Assembly (NCBI GenBank): GCA_020349905.1
Contig: CP070702.1
Location: forward strand, 975,516 to 1,039,515
Origin: Candidatus Eiseniibacteriota bacterium
GTDB lineage: Bacteria; Eisenbacteria; RBG-16-71-46; JAFGJU01
Reading direction: 5' to 3'
DNA length: 64,000 bases
In this document: piece by piece, positions 17,723 through 27,012 of the stretch
Position numbering within the stretch: position 1 is the stretch's first letter
Layout: every line of letters starts with the position of its first letter
Made by a program: the position numbers and the translations under genes
The notes under the pieces: generated by a model
The model's input: the letters and a program-made list of their open reading frames with translations, nothing else
What the model was told of the DNA's origin: nothing
Database searches by the model: none

Positions 17723-18952
17723 TTGACGTTACCTGAACCTCTTCCGGCGAGCGAAGCGCTCAATAGAGTGCTTGAATCCGCCGTTTCCCTGTCAACTCAG
17801 AAAGTGGCGCTCGAGCGCGCGAGCGGGCGGGTCCTGGCCCAGGAAATCCGGGCCGACAGGGACCTTCCCCCCTTTTCTCGCGTCGCGATGGACGGCTTTG
17901 CCGTTCGCTCCGGGGATCTCCGGAACGGGAAGGGAACGCTCAGGATTGCCGGGACTCTGGCATCCGGAGAGGAGTGGCCCGGGGAAGTGATTCCTGGTAG
18001 CACTATTCGAGTCATGACCGGAGCTCCCCTTCCGAGAGGCACGGACGCGGTCGTTCAGGTCGAGAAGAGCAAGGTGTCCGAGAACGGAGCAGAGGTCTTC
18101 CTTGAAGAAACTTCCGTTGCCGAGGCGCTCAACGTCCACCCAAGGGGCGTGGACGCGAAGGCAGACGACGTTCTTCTTCACCCGGGCGACATTATCGGAC
18201 CGGGACAGATCTCCGTTTTGGCCTCGGTGGGCGCCTGGAAGGTGAAGGTGCGCAAGCCGGTCCGAGTTACGATACTCTCAACGGGCCTGGAAATAGTTCC
18301 CGCAGACAAGATTCCCCTGCCGTATCAGATAAGGGACTCGAACAGCCCAACTCTCAAGGCGTTTCTCTCGGAGAACGCCTGGCTTTCGGTCAAACAGTTG
18401 GGAATCGTGACGGACGAGCTTGAGGAGACCAAGAAGGGGCTCGAAGGTGCACTAGGGCTTTCAGACGTAGTCCTCATCACGGGAGGCGTGTCGGCCGGCG
18501 CCTTCGACCACGTGCCCAGGGCCATGGAGGAAGTCGGCATCCAGAAAGTGTTCCACAAGGTGGCGATCAGGCCCGGTATGCCGCTCTGGTTCGGCAGGAC
18601 CCCTTCAGGAAAGCTGGCGTTCGGCCTTCCCGGAAATCCCGTCTCGGTCATGGTGACGTGTCTTGAGTTCGTGCTTCCGGCCTTGAGAAAGCTCGCCGGG
18701 ATGAAAAAGCTGGACGGGCACCGGTGTTTCGCCACGGCACAGGCGCGCTTCGGGAAGAGGAAGCACGGGTTCACGGTATTTCATCCGGCAAGGTTGTTCC
18801 ACGACGGCGACCACACGTTTTGCTCCCCCGTCTCGTATCACGGCTCCGGCCACTTTCTGGCCCTATCCTATTCGGACGGCGTGGCGGTGGTGCCGCCCGA
18901 AGTGGACGCCGTGGAGCCCGACGAGACCATCGAATTTCACCCGTGGAGGTAG
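17723..18952 (+). CDS. moeA: Molybdopterin molybdenumtransferase MoeA (the start is uncertain: TTG 17723 is proposed; the ORF-track ATG 17612 lies inside the promoter -10).
   Basis: The MoeA N-terminus reads LPASEALNRVLESAV...FSRVAMDGFAV, and the central MoCF_biosynth domain reads GGVSAG. The ATG at 17612 overlaps TGcTATAAT (17615-17623), so it is unlikely to be the start. Confidence 0.8.
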   Translation: MTLPEPLPASEALNRVLESAVSLSTQKVALERASGRVLAQEIRADRDLPPFSRVAMDGFAVRSGDLRNGKGTLRIAGTLASGEEWPGEVIPGSTIRVMTGAPLPRGTDAVVQVEKSKVSENGAEVFLEETSVAEALNVHPRGVDAKADDVLLHPGDIIGPGQISVLASVGAWKVKVRKPVRVTILSTGLEIVPADKIPLPYQIRDSNSPTLKAFLSENAWLSVKQLGIVTDELEETKKGLEGALGLSDVVLITGGVSAGAFDHVPRAMEEVGIQKVFHKVAIRPGMPLWFGRTPSGKLAFGLPGNPVSVMVTCLEFVLPALRKLAGMKKLDGHRCFATAQARFGKRKHGFTVFHPARLFHDGDHTFCSPVSYHGSGHFLALSYSDGVAVVPPEVDAVEPDETIEFHPWR

Positions 18953-19006
18953 CCGGATTTGCGTGGCGCGCATGGTGCCGGAGAATAGGAACGATCTAAA
19001 TGGATA

Positions 19007-20017
19007 TTGCGGAAACCCTCTATGACGAAGGTGGCGAACTTGAGCCAGACCAGAGGTAACAGTCGCCCGGCCTATCAGCTCAGGATTTCGGTGACAGACC
19101 GGTGCGACCTCCACTGCATCTACTGCGTGCCCGAAGACGGCATCGAATGGTGCAGCCGTGAAGAGATTCTGCGCTTCGAAGACATCTTTCTCATCGTAAG
19201 AGAGTTCGTAAGCCAGCTGCAGGTACGCGGCGTGAGACTCACCGGCGGAGAACCTCTGTGCCGGGCCGGAATCTCTTCCCTTATCGAGCTCGTGCGGACC
19301 CTGGAGCTGGACGAGATCACCATGACGACGAACGGCTACAAGCTCGCTCGAGAGGCCCAACGCTTAAGAGAGGCGGGCCTCTCCAGGGTGAACGTGAGTC
19401 TCGACACTCTCGACTCCGAGACCTATCGGCGGCTTACGCGCGGAGGGGAGCTTTCGAGAACCATAGAGGGGATTCGGGCCGCGAAAGCCTGCGGCCTGGA
19501 ACCCGTGAAAATCAACATGCTCGTACTGAGGGGATGGAACGAAGAAGAAATCCCGCGCATGGCAGAGTTTGCGCAGAAAGAAGGCGTTCACGTGCGATTC
19601 CTTGAGGCCATAGCAATCGGAGAGACCTCACTTCAGCATCACTCCCTATGGGTGCCGGCAGACGAAATCCTGGAGCGACTGCGCAGGACTTTCGGCGTGA
19701 GTGTTGGACAACGCGCCCCAGGCGAGACGGAGACACGGCTTATCCTGACGCCAAAGGACGGGCCCCAGTTCGAGGCAGGCCTTATCACCTCCGAGAGCGA
19801 TCCATTCTGCGGGACATGCTCCAGGCTTCGCCTTTCGGCGAGGGGGCGACTGCGTGGGTGCCTCTTGAACGAGGCCGAGGTGGACCTCTTTTCCTGGGTG
19901 AAAGACCCTGGCAGAACCACGAGCGACTTCCTGGAAAGGGTGAGCCGGGCGGTTTCCCAGAAACCTCCGAGGCGAAGGACGCGCTCTCCGGTGAGAATGG
20001 CAGAAATCGGAGGCTGA
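19007..20017 (+). CDS. moaA: GTP 3',8-cyclase MoaA (radical SAM).
   Basis: CDLHCIYC radical-SAM motif. The C-terminal C-x2-C-x13-C reads CGTCSRLRLSARGRLRGC. Confidence 0.9.
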   Translation: MRKPSMTKVANLSQTRGNSRPAYQLRISVTDRCDLHCIYCVPEDGIEWCSREEILRFEDIFLIVREFVSQLQVRGVRLTGGEPLCRAGISSLIELVRTLELDEITMTTNGYKLAREAQRLREAGLSRVNVSLDTLDSETYRRLTRGGELSRTIEGIRAAKACGLEPVKINMLVLRGWNEEEIPRMAEFAQKEGVHVRFLEAIAIGETSLQHHSLWVPADEILERLRRTFGVSVGQRAPGETETRLILTPKDGPQFEAGLITSESDPFCGTCSRLRLSARGRLRGCLLNEAEVDLFSWVKDPGRTTSDFLERVSRAVSQKPPRRRTRSPVRMAEIGG

Positions 20018-20021
20018 GAGA

Positions 20022-20492
20022 ATGAAACGATTTTCGCACATTGACTCCTTGGGCAGGGCCCGCATGGTGGACGTGTCCGGAAAGAAGGCATCCTCAAGAA
20101 GGGCCGTGGCCGAGGCAATCGTGCGCGTCGGTCCCGAGGTCGCAAAGCTTCTTAGCGAGAAGGGAGAAGTGAAGAAGGGAGACGTCCTCGAGACTGCCAG
20201 AATCGCCGGAATCATGGCCGCCAAGCGCACCCCCGAGTTGATTCCCCTCTGTCACCCTCTGCCGCTGGACTACGTCGACGTCTACTGCACGGTCGGCAGG
20301 ACGAACGTCACGATAACTACCTCTGCCAGCACCACCGCGAAGACCGGGGTGGAGATGGAGTGCATGGTGGCCGCCGCGGTGGCGGGCCTCACGGTCTACG
20401 ACATGTGCAAGTCGGCCGGAAAGGATATCGAGATTCGGTCGGTGCGCCTCCTTGAGAAGTCAGGTGGCAAGAGCGGGAGTTGGAGAAGATGA
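20022..20492 (+). CDS. moaC: Cyclic pyranopterin monophosphate synthase MoaC.
   Basis: MoaC family: GKKASSRRAVA...EVKKGDVLETARIAGIMAAKRT...IPLCHPL. Confidence 0.9.
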   Translation: MKRFSHIDSLGRARMVDVSGKKASSRRAVAEAIVRVGPEVAKLLSEKGEVKKGDVLETARIAGIMAAKRTPELIPLCHPLPLDYVDVYCTVGRTNVTITTSASTTAKTGVEMECMVAAAVAGLTVYDMCKSAGKDIEIRSVRLLEKSGGKSGSWRR

Positions 20493-20579
20493 CCGGCGCG
20501 AGGAGACAGCGGAGCTACAATCACAAGCGCGGTCGCCGTTGGAGCAGGCTGCCAGCACCTAACTGGAAGAGACGTTGAC

Positions 20580-21530
20580 ATGACCGCCGGAAGAGTCGTA
20601 GCCATCTGTACGAGTGAGGAGAAGAGGGTTCCCAAGAAGCAGGTTCAATCAGCGCTTCTGGAGGCGGGCCGCGGCATCCAGGGAGATGCCCACGCCGGAG
20701 ACTGGCACAGGCAGGTGAGCTTTCTTTCACTTGACGACGTAGAGGGGATGAGAGTCGAGGTGCCGGGAATAGAGTTCGGTGCGTTTGCCGAGAACTTCGT
20801 GATAGAAGGCGTGGACCTGGAGCGACTCGGACTAGGTACCCTCCTTCGAATCGGGCCTTTCGTTCTCACTCGGGTCTCGCAGATTGGAAAGGTTTGCCAC
20901 GACCCGTGCGCCATCTTCCAGAAGACCGGAGACTGCATCATGCCGAGGGCAGGTCTCTTCGCCAGGGTCATCGAAGGCGGCAGGGTCAGCACAGGGGATT
21001 CCGTGGAAATCGTGAACGAAGTTCCCAGGGATACTTTCCAGGCTGTCGTACTCACCATCAGCACCCTGGGGTCTAAGGGGCAACGGGAGGACACGGCAGG
21101 CCCAGCTGTACAAAGGATGCTGGAGGAAAAGCTGGGGGCCCACGTGTACGCTCTCGAAGTGCTGCCGGACGCCAGGGGGCGAATCACCGAGAGGCTCGCA
21201 CACTATTCGGACGGACATTCGATAGACCTCGTTCTGACCGTGGGAGGAACTGGTCTGTCGCCCGATGACCTAACACCGGAAGCGACCCGGCAGATCATCG
21301 AACGGGAGGTCCCGGGCCTGGCCGAGGCCATGCGCGCTTATTCCATGAAGAAGACTCCGCATGCGGCCCTGTCCAGGGGCGTTGCGGGGATCCGCGGGCA
21401 GACTCTCATATTGAATCTTCCCGGCTCCTTGAAGGGAGCAGTGGAAAACCTGGAAGCAGTGCTCCCCACCCTCCCTCATGCTCTAGAGAAGCTCCGCGGT
21501 GATACCACGCCGTGTGCCGGCGATGGGTAG
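20580..21530 (+). CDS. Fusion of a MOSC domain (N-terminal) with a MoaB/MogA-like molybdopterin-binding domain (C-terminal).
   Basis: MOSC region: GDAHAGDWHRQVSFLS, KVCHDPC. MoaB/MogA region: AVVLTISTLGSKGQREDTAGP...LVLTVGGTGLSPDD. Confidence 0.8.
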   Translation: MTAGRVVAICTSEEKRVPKKQVQSALLEAGRGIQGDAHAGDWHRQVSFLSLDDVEGMRVEVPGIEFGAFAENFVIEGVDLERLGLGTLLRIGPFVLTRVSQIGKVCHDPCAIFQKTGDCIMPRAGLFARVIEGGRVSTGDSVEIVNEVPRDTFQAVVLTISTLGSKGQREDTAGPAVQRMLEEKLGAHVYALEVLPDARGRITERLAHYSDGHSIDLVLTVGGTGLSPDDLTPEATRQIIEREVPGLAEAMRAYSMKKTPHAALSRGVAGIRGQTLILNLPGSLKGAVENLEAVLPTLPHALEKLRGDTTPCAGDG

Positions 21531-21536
21531 AGATCA

Positions 21537-22580
21537 ATGAATCTGTGCTGTAGCGCCCCACTCATAGGACTCTCGGGGCACAAGAAGACCGGTAAAACTA
21601 CTCTGCTCGAGAAGCTCATTCCTGCTCTGTGCAAAAAGGGGCTCACAGTCGCCTATCTCAAGTACGACTCTTGCCGGATAGACATGGACAGTCCCGGAAA
21701 GGACACAGACCGCGCCTTCAAGGCGGGAGCGGCGTGGGTGGGCATCGTCTCGGAATTCGAGACGGCCGTTCGAGGGTTTTCTGAGCATCTGTCGAGGGCA
21801 CGCCTCCTGACACTGGCCGGCGAAATCTGCGACATCGTGATAGTTGAGGGAGGAAAGACTGCAGATTGGCCCAAGCTTTGGATGCGCGAAGAGAGTGGTG
21901 TCTCTGATTCGGCTTCCTTTCCAAAGGTCATTGCCGAAATCAGCCCTTCAGAGAACGACCCCACGGCTGTGAGCAGAGACGACGTGGACGCGATTCTGGA
22001 ACTCGTGCTCAAGGAGGCGCGCTCGCAGGTTCTCGCAAGACCCGTGTGCGGAGGTCTTCTAATCGGCGGGACGAGCGAGAGAATGGGAAGTCCTAAGGCG
22101 CTTCTTTCTTTCGAAGGAAGACCGCTCGCCGAGCACGTTTGGAAGCAGATTAACTCTGTGGTTTCGGATGTTTACTTGCTGGGGTCCGGGCCCAGGCCCG
22201 AGTCCATGAAGGACAAGCCCTGCTTGCCTGATTCGCCGGGCTTGAATGGACCGATTGCCGGAATGGTCTCCGCGTTCAAGCATCGCGAAGACGCTGACTG
22301 GCTCTTCCTGGCCGTGGACCTACCGAACGTGACGCCGGACTATCTCAAACAGATTCTCTCGCGACGGGACGTGGGATACAGGGCAGCCGTTCCTCTCAAC
22401 CCCGAGGGATACAAAGAGCCGCTCTGCGCCCTCTACTCTCCCTCGCTGGGAAGGCGAATCGTTCGTCTCGCAAGCCCCCAACGACTCTCTCTCCAGGAGC
22501 TTCTTAGCGCCCTCGGCGTAACGGGCGACCCCCTTCTCTGGAACGCCGACAAGCTGTTTAACTGGAACGAGCCGGGGTAG
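21537..22580 (+). CDS. mobBA: Fusion of MobB (GTP-binding adapter, N-terminal) with MobA (molybdenum cofactor guanylyltransferase, C-terminal).
   Basis: The MobB P-loop reads GLSGHKKTGKTTLLEKLI. The MobA motif is LIGGTSERMGSPKALL, followed by LAVDLP. Confidence 0.8.
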   Translation: MNLCCSAPLIGLSGHKKTGKTTLLEKLIPALCKKGLTVAYLKYDSCRIDMDSPGKDTDRAFKAGAAWVGIVSEFETAVRGFSEHLSRARLLTLAGEICDIVIVEGGKTADWPKLWMREESGVSDSASFPKVIAEISPSENDPTAVSRDDVDAILELVLKEARSQVLARPVCGGLLIGGTSERMGSPKALLSFEGRPLAEHVWKQINSVVSDVYLLGSGPRPESMKDKPCLPDSPGLNGPIAGMVSAFKHREDADWLFLAVDLPNVTPDYLKQILSRRDVGYRAAVPLNPEGYKEPLCALYSPSLGRRIVRLASPQRLSLQELLSALGVTGDPLLWNADKLFNWNEPG

Positions 22581-22589
22581 GCGGCCATG

Positions 22590-22750
22590 CCGCCAGTGTG
22601 AGCGCCGCGTCGCATTCCTGGCCCGCTCGCGGCACGGCCTCGCCAACTTGAGCACAGTGCCGTATTCCTGGCCCACGCGGGACAGCTTCCCAGCTTGCGT
22701 ACGCTGCCATCCTGCAGGTGTGGGCGCAGCGCCGCACAGCTAACATCTCA
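22590..22750. repeat. Degenerate tandem repeats (period about 52-55 bp, about 3 copies) in the non-coding gap after mobBA. The core is CG(C/T)ATTCCTGGCCC(G/A)C..GCGG.
   Basis: Read directly: copies at 22607-22632 and 22659-22682 share 'attcctggccc', and a more diverged third copy lies at 22700-22750. Confidence 0.3.
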
Positions 22751-23014
22751 TCACTTCGACTGGTGTTCACGTACGACGATCACGATTGAAACGAACACTG
22801 GCAGGAGCAGCACTGCAGTCACGGGACCGGTCACAATATCAGGACGCAAAGCTCTCAGAACAGCAAACAGAACAAAGAAGTCGAAGCCGACCAGCACCGC
22901 GAGGAAGTACCGCCGGCTGACTTCACCCAGACGGAACTTACGGAGAAGCACCACAAGCTCCCCCACGGCGAGAACCACTCCGATCCCTGCTACAGCCAGC
23001 CATAAGGACATCTT
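22751..23014 (-). CDS. Small hydrophobic membrane protein (87 aa, about 3 TM).
   Basis: Internal Met of ORF 22751..23212 (MSLWLAVAGIGVVLAVGEL...). The composition is hydrophobic. No family assigned. Confidence 0.3.
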   Translation of the reverse strand, partial: KMSLWLAVAGIGVVLAVGELVVLLRKFRLGEVSRRYFLAVLVGFDFFVLFAVLRALRPDIVTGPVTAVLLLPVFVSIVIVVREHQSK

Positions 23015-23043
23015 GTTCCTCCCTTCTACTTGCCAGGCGGGGC

Positions 23044-23850
23044 CTATTGCAGACCGTCTATGAAAGCCCTTATAACACGATACAGCTCCCCAGGATTCTC
23101 CGTGGCCATGGCGTGCCCGGCGCCCGGGATGTAAAAGAGCGGTATGCCTGCAGCGCGGAGGAGCGCCTCCCCTGGATACACACCCCTGTTCTTCTCGCCG
23201 TAAATGAAACACACGTTCTTGATTCGAGAAAGCCTCCCGACCAGCGGCGTCGATGAATCTGCCACGGTGTGAACTGAACTCATGTAGAGAGCAGTGGTCG
23301 AAGCCGCTGCGAACGTTTCCGCATATTCACTCATCGAAGTGTCGTCTGCACCCGCCTTCCTCAGAGTCTCCTCTAGTCTCCGCCTCCCGTCCTCTGCAAA
23401 CTCCTCTCCCGTTAGACCAGCCACTCTGCCCGAAATGGTGCAATCTTCCGGAGTGAGGTTTCCCTCCATGTTCACGAGCGACAGGACTCGGTCCCGCACC
23501 TTCTCCGCCATGCACATGGCCACTAGACCTCCCATCGAGTGCGCACAGAGGTGAAAGCGTCGAATTTCAAGGCGCTCGAGTATCTGGAGAACGACCTTGC
23601 CCTGCTCCTCCATGGAGTATCCGAAATCCTCCGGCCCCCGGCTTCTGCCAAATCCTACCAGGTCGGTGGCGATTAGAGGAAACCCCTCGAGCGAGGGTGA
23701 ATCAAACGCGTACCGGAAGTGTTCCTTCGCCGAGCCAAATCCGTGTACGAAGACGATGGTATCACCGGCGTCCTCACCACCCGCCACACGCCGAATGAAG
23801 GCGACAGGAAAGCCGCCCAGCAGGTGAATCGTTTCTTGACAGATGCCCAT
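23044..23850 (-). CDS. Alpha/beta-fold hydrolase.
   Basis: The internal ATG (MGICQETIHLLGGFPV...) follows AGGAG. The oxyanion region is VFVHGFG, and the nucleophile elbow is AHSMGG. Confidence 0.8.
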   Translation of the reverse strand: MGICQETIHLLGGFPVAFIRRVAGGEDAGDTIVFVHGFGSAKEHFRYAFDSPSLEGFPLIATDLVGFGRSRGPEDFGYSMEEQGKVVLQILERLEIRRFHLCAHSMGGLVAMCMAEKVRDRVLSLVNMEGNLTPEDCTISGRVAGLTGEEFAEDGRRRLEETLRKAGADDTSMSEYAETFAAASTTALYMSSVHTVADSSTPLVGRLSRIKNVCFIYGEKNRGVYPGEALLRAAGIPLFYIPGAGHAMATENPGELYRVIRAFIDGLQ

Positions 23851-23936
23851 GCTACTCCTTCTCACGCGGGACCTTGAGCGGGCCTTGTGAGAGGCGACCG
23901 TGTACCGCGGAATGAAACGTGCTCGCTGAGCCGCTC

Positions 23937-24104
23937 CTAGCCAAGGGCCGAGCCAAGATAGTACGGCCAGATGATTAGCGCCAGAACCGCCTTCCAGAAC
24001 GAAAGGTGGGCAAACGCGATTGTGAAGAGCCAGCCGATGAACCATATCGGCCCAATCAGGCTGGCGTTGTGAGCAGAACTACACTTTCCTTCTTGCTTTT
24101 CCAT
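23937..24104 (-). CDS. Small membrane protein (55 aa) not in the ORF track. It is PLDc_N-like (W-P-Y-Y-L-G motif near the C-terminus).
   Basis: Read directly: GGGGAGGA, a 4-nt spacer, then ATG at 24104. The translation is MEKQEGKCSSAHNASLIGPIWFIGWLFTIAFAHLSFWKAVLALIIWPYYLGSALG. Confidence 0.35.
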   Translation of the reverse strand: MEKQEGKCSSAHNASLIGPIWFIGWLFTIAFAHLSFWKAVLALIIWPYYLGSALG

Positions 24105-24199
24105 GCGGTCCTCCCCTTTCGAGCAAGTGGTCTCTGAAGAGCGATTCAGGTACGTCTCCCTAGTGAAGGCAGATGTTCACGAATTTTGACGGCTTGAGC

Positions 24200-25009
24200 T
24201 CAGGTTTTCATCCGAAGGCCCGATTCTCTCTGCAGTATGTTTCTGAACCTGGTTGCGCTTATCGGATGATCAGCCAGGAGTCGACCGTCATACACCAGGC
24301 TCACCGTCCCGTACGGACTGGGCATTCTCCTGCGGGCTTCTGCGGCATCTCTCAATTCAACTAGATTCAGCCGAACGCCGTGTTTCTCAGCCATCGGTGG
24401 AAGTTCCGCTACGGCCTTGCCTATGTAGGGATATTGGTGAGTATATATGAGAGTGAGCTTGCGGAAACTCTTCAATCGCTCGTCCCAGTTTCGGGGAAAA
24501 GTAGGCAACGGCCGTTTCCGTATCCGCTTTGCCAACAACTGAAAGTGAGGCGGGGCATCATCCACCTCTTCAAACCCGTTCTTTAGGAACAGCTCTTTAC
24601 TCGCCATCCAGGGCCCGCCACTGCTTACTACCGCCACACCCTGCCTGCCATCGCTCCGAGCTTCCTTCACACAATCCCGCAATAGTTTCGATGCCAGGCC
24701 CTTGCAGGGACCTCTACGAGAGTTTACCCAGATGCAGTGTACGACCACGTACCCGCGTGCATTCACTGTCCGCCACGTATGTTATCCCCGTACGTACGCC
24801 AGAAAGCCGGCCCGTTTTCCGTCCCCGGTCACTATCAGCTTGATCCGAACACCGTTCTCAGAGTGTTTCTGCAGCCACGATAGCTTACCGGTGTAACCGA
24901 GATGTTTCTTGTTTCTTACACAGAAGAAGCCAAACTCGTCAACGTTGCCCGAATCAACAGTGACAATCTTGTAATCAGAAACTGCTCTGTCTCGACGTAC
25001 CTTCTTCAT
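24200..25009 (-). pseudogene. GNAT acetyltransferase (GNAT plus a C-terminal YoaP-like region) interrupted by an in-frame TAA at 24782-24784.
   Basis: ORFs 24782..25009 and 24200..24766 are in the same frame, separated only by a TAA. Read-through gives ...GFLAYVRG*HTWRTVNARGYVVVHCIWV..., which is a continuous GNAT fold. Confidence 0.6.
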
Positions 25010-25255
25010 GTGGTCGTTTCCACCTTGCTAAACGCTTCCCAGCTTTCGCTCCATCGTGACAACCGTTTAGCAGGCCCTCGGCCGCTCAAGCACACGTGTC
25101 GCCACAGATTTTGCTGTCCCCGGGCACTCAGGTCAACACCTTTCACCGCGTCATCCTTCCGCCAGAACACGGAGGTTTTCTAAGAGCCTGCCTTCTCCTG
25201 ACATCTCACCGTCGGGTGAGTAGCAGGAGCCGTGTGGGGTCGGAGAAGCGGGTTC

Positions 25256-25849
25256 TCATTCGCGTCGCAGTTCCCCGAGATCTCTCTCCAAGAGTTCACC
25301 CAACTTGATGAAGAAGATATCTCTCACCTGCTCAATGTGGAGTGCTTCGGCGTGTTCGACGATGGCCTCGTCCTCGGTCATGAATCTGGATGGTTCCACC
25401 TGCAGTGCGTAGGTGTTGCGGTGCCGCGCCCAGAACCAGCGCGCCGACCCAAACTGAACGTATCCCGGGTCAATGGCCGGAATATGTTCAAGCGACTCGC
25501 GCAGGGAGCCTCCACGTGGGCTGTTCTCCAGGCAAAGCGCGATGTACGCGATTCTGTAAGTGACAGGCCCTTCGTGGATGGAAGGAAGACGTTCCAGGTT
25601 GTGTGGATCCTGCCCAGGCGCATACAAGAAGTGGCCGTAGCAGCTTTGAAGGGTGAAGCACTGAGGCAGCAACGAGAATCCTTCGATGAGCTTCACTATG
25701 GGCGGGTCTATGACGCCAAGATCCAGGACTTTAAGTGCCTCCCGGCGGTTCTGAGTGTACCTAGGGTCTTCGACAAGTTCTCTGGGTTCAGTGAACGTCT
25801 TCATCTGTCGAACGAAAGCCGCAGGACAAGTGGAGCGGTGCTCTTCCAT
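25256..25849 (-). CDS. Hypothetical protein (197 aa).
   Basis: Its ATG is 10 bp downstream of the preceding gene's stop, which makes it the third gene of a minus-strand operon. A hairpin follows its stop (CTCACC-GTCG-GGTGAG around 25205-25222). Confidence 0.5.
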   Translation of the reverse strand: MEEHRSTCPAAFVRQMKTFTEPRELVEDPRYTQNRREALKVLDLGVIDPPIVKLIEGFSLLPQCFTLQSCYGHFLYAPGQDPHNLERLPSIHEGPVTYRIAYIALCLENSPRGGSLRESLEHIPAIDPGYVQFGSARWFWARHRNTYALQVEPSRFMTEDEAIVEHAEALHIEQVRDIFFIKLGELLERDLGELRRE

Positions 25850-25858
25850 CAGAGAGAG

Positions 25859-26344
25859 TCAGACATCGCGTCTCAACGCATTTCTAAACCACTTCGGGGC
25901 TCGCCTTCGAGTCCATGTGGCAAAACGCGATTTGTCCTCAACGTAGAACTGTCTGTACGCAGCTACTGAATCGGAAGGGATCCTGCATCTCTCAGGGACC
26001 ACTTGCGGAAATTCAGTCAACCCTGCGTCCTTGATGGGAGGGAGCGGCAGTTTGCGAACCACCGCCGCTGATTCGTGGTCACAGTCCCTGCCAAATCGGT
26101 ACCTGTACTCGTCGTTTAGCGCAAGGGCCAGGCGGTGCAGCCACTTCCAGTTGCTGAGAGACTCACCGGCCCAGAGCGTGCAGGGATGCTTTGCATGTGT
26201 ACTCTTGTACGGAGCCTCCACTCCATGTTGCCACAACACCGAACACAGCATCTGGGCACTTTCCAGTATCATCTTCACCACGTGCTGGTCAGCATGGTAT
26301 CTGGCACACTTTCTCACATTCCTGTCGAGTACGAATATGTTCAT
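25859..26344 (-). CDS. Conserved hypothetical protein (161 aa; N-terminus MNIFVLDRNVRKCARYHADQHVVKMILESAQML).
   Basis: Its start ATG overlaps the upstream stop (TAATG), so it is translationally coupled to the isochorismatase-family gene. Confidence 0.55.
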   Translation of the reverse strand: MNIFVLDRNVRKCARYHADQHVVKMILESAQMLCSVLWQHGVEAPYKSTHAKHPCTLWAGESLSNWKWLHRLALALNDEYRYRFGRDCDHESAAVVRKLPLPPIKDAGLTEFPQVVPERCRIPSDSVAAYRQFYVEDKSRFATWTRRRAPKWFRNALRRDV

Positions 26345-26871
26345 TAGCCAAACTCAATATCTCCCGAATTCTTGACATCTGCAAACCGCTGAAGAATTCG
26401 GTTGTGATGGTCGATGATCTGCTGCGCGGGCAGGTCTCCGCCGGCCCACGTCGTGTGGCAGTCGCCCACTCACGTGACCTTGTAGCCCAAGTGGTACGCC
26501 GCGCGGACGGTGGTGTTCACGCAGAATTGGGTCGCAATTCCTGTGACAAACAACCGAGTCATTCCTAGTGCCTGTAAGCGCGAATGCATTTCCGTCTTGT
26601 GAAACGAATCGGGCTCGCGCTTGCGTATCAGCAGGTCGCCTTCTGAAGGAGACACCGCGGGATGGATGCGCCAGCCGGGGCCGCCCTCGGCCAGACCGCT
26701 GGCCTCAGACCCACAATGCTGTATGTAGACCAACGGCACCCCGCCGGCTCGAGCTCGACTCAGGAGTTTGCTCAGGGTTGACAGAAAGTGCTCGGTACCG
26801 TGAACACATTCTCCAGGGTCGAACATACCCAGTTGAACGTCAATGACGAGAAGGGCACTATTGACGCTCAT
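26343..26871 (-). pseudogene. Isochorismatase-family cysteine hydrolase interrupted by an in-frame TGA at 26470-26472.
   Basis: The N-terminal part (MSVNSALLVIDVQLGMFDP...GYKVT) stops at the TGA. The same frame then continues VGDCHTTWAGGDLPAQQIIDHHNRILQRFADVKNSGDIEFG to a TAA at 26343-26345. The catalytic Cys (VGDC) lies after the stop. Confidence 0.6.
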
Positions 26872-27012
26872 CCATGGCCTCCTCATCTGATATTGACTCT
26901 CTCGCCACACAAAGTGACTGATTGGCTGAACAACATCACCGTGACTCACTTCGACTCGAACCGGGCAGACAGTAGCGGGCCATTGCACTCGTTTGGTTCT
27001 CAGATTCTGCCT

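Noticed and set aside
26470-26472. The in-frame TGA codons at 26470 and 41108 (and TAA at 24782) as programmed recoding: selenocysteine, or TGA read as Gly or Trp.
   Set aside because: TGA and TAA terminate many well-defined genes in this window, for example the Rd-cupin, hrb and perR stops. No SECIS-like hairpin is evident downstream. The expected residues (Trp or a hydrophobic residue) are consistent with simple point mutations or base-call errors.
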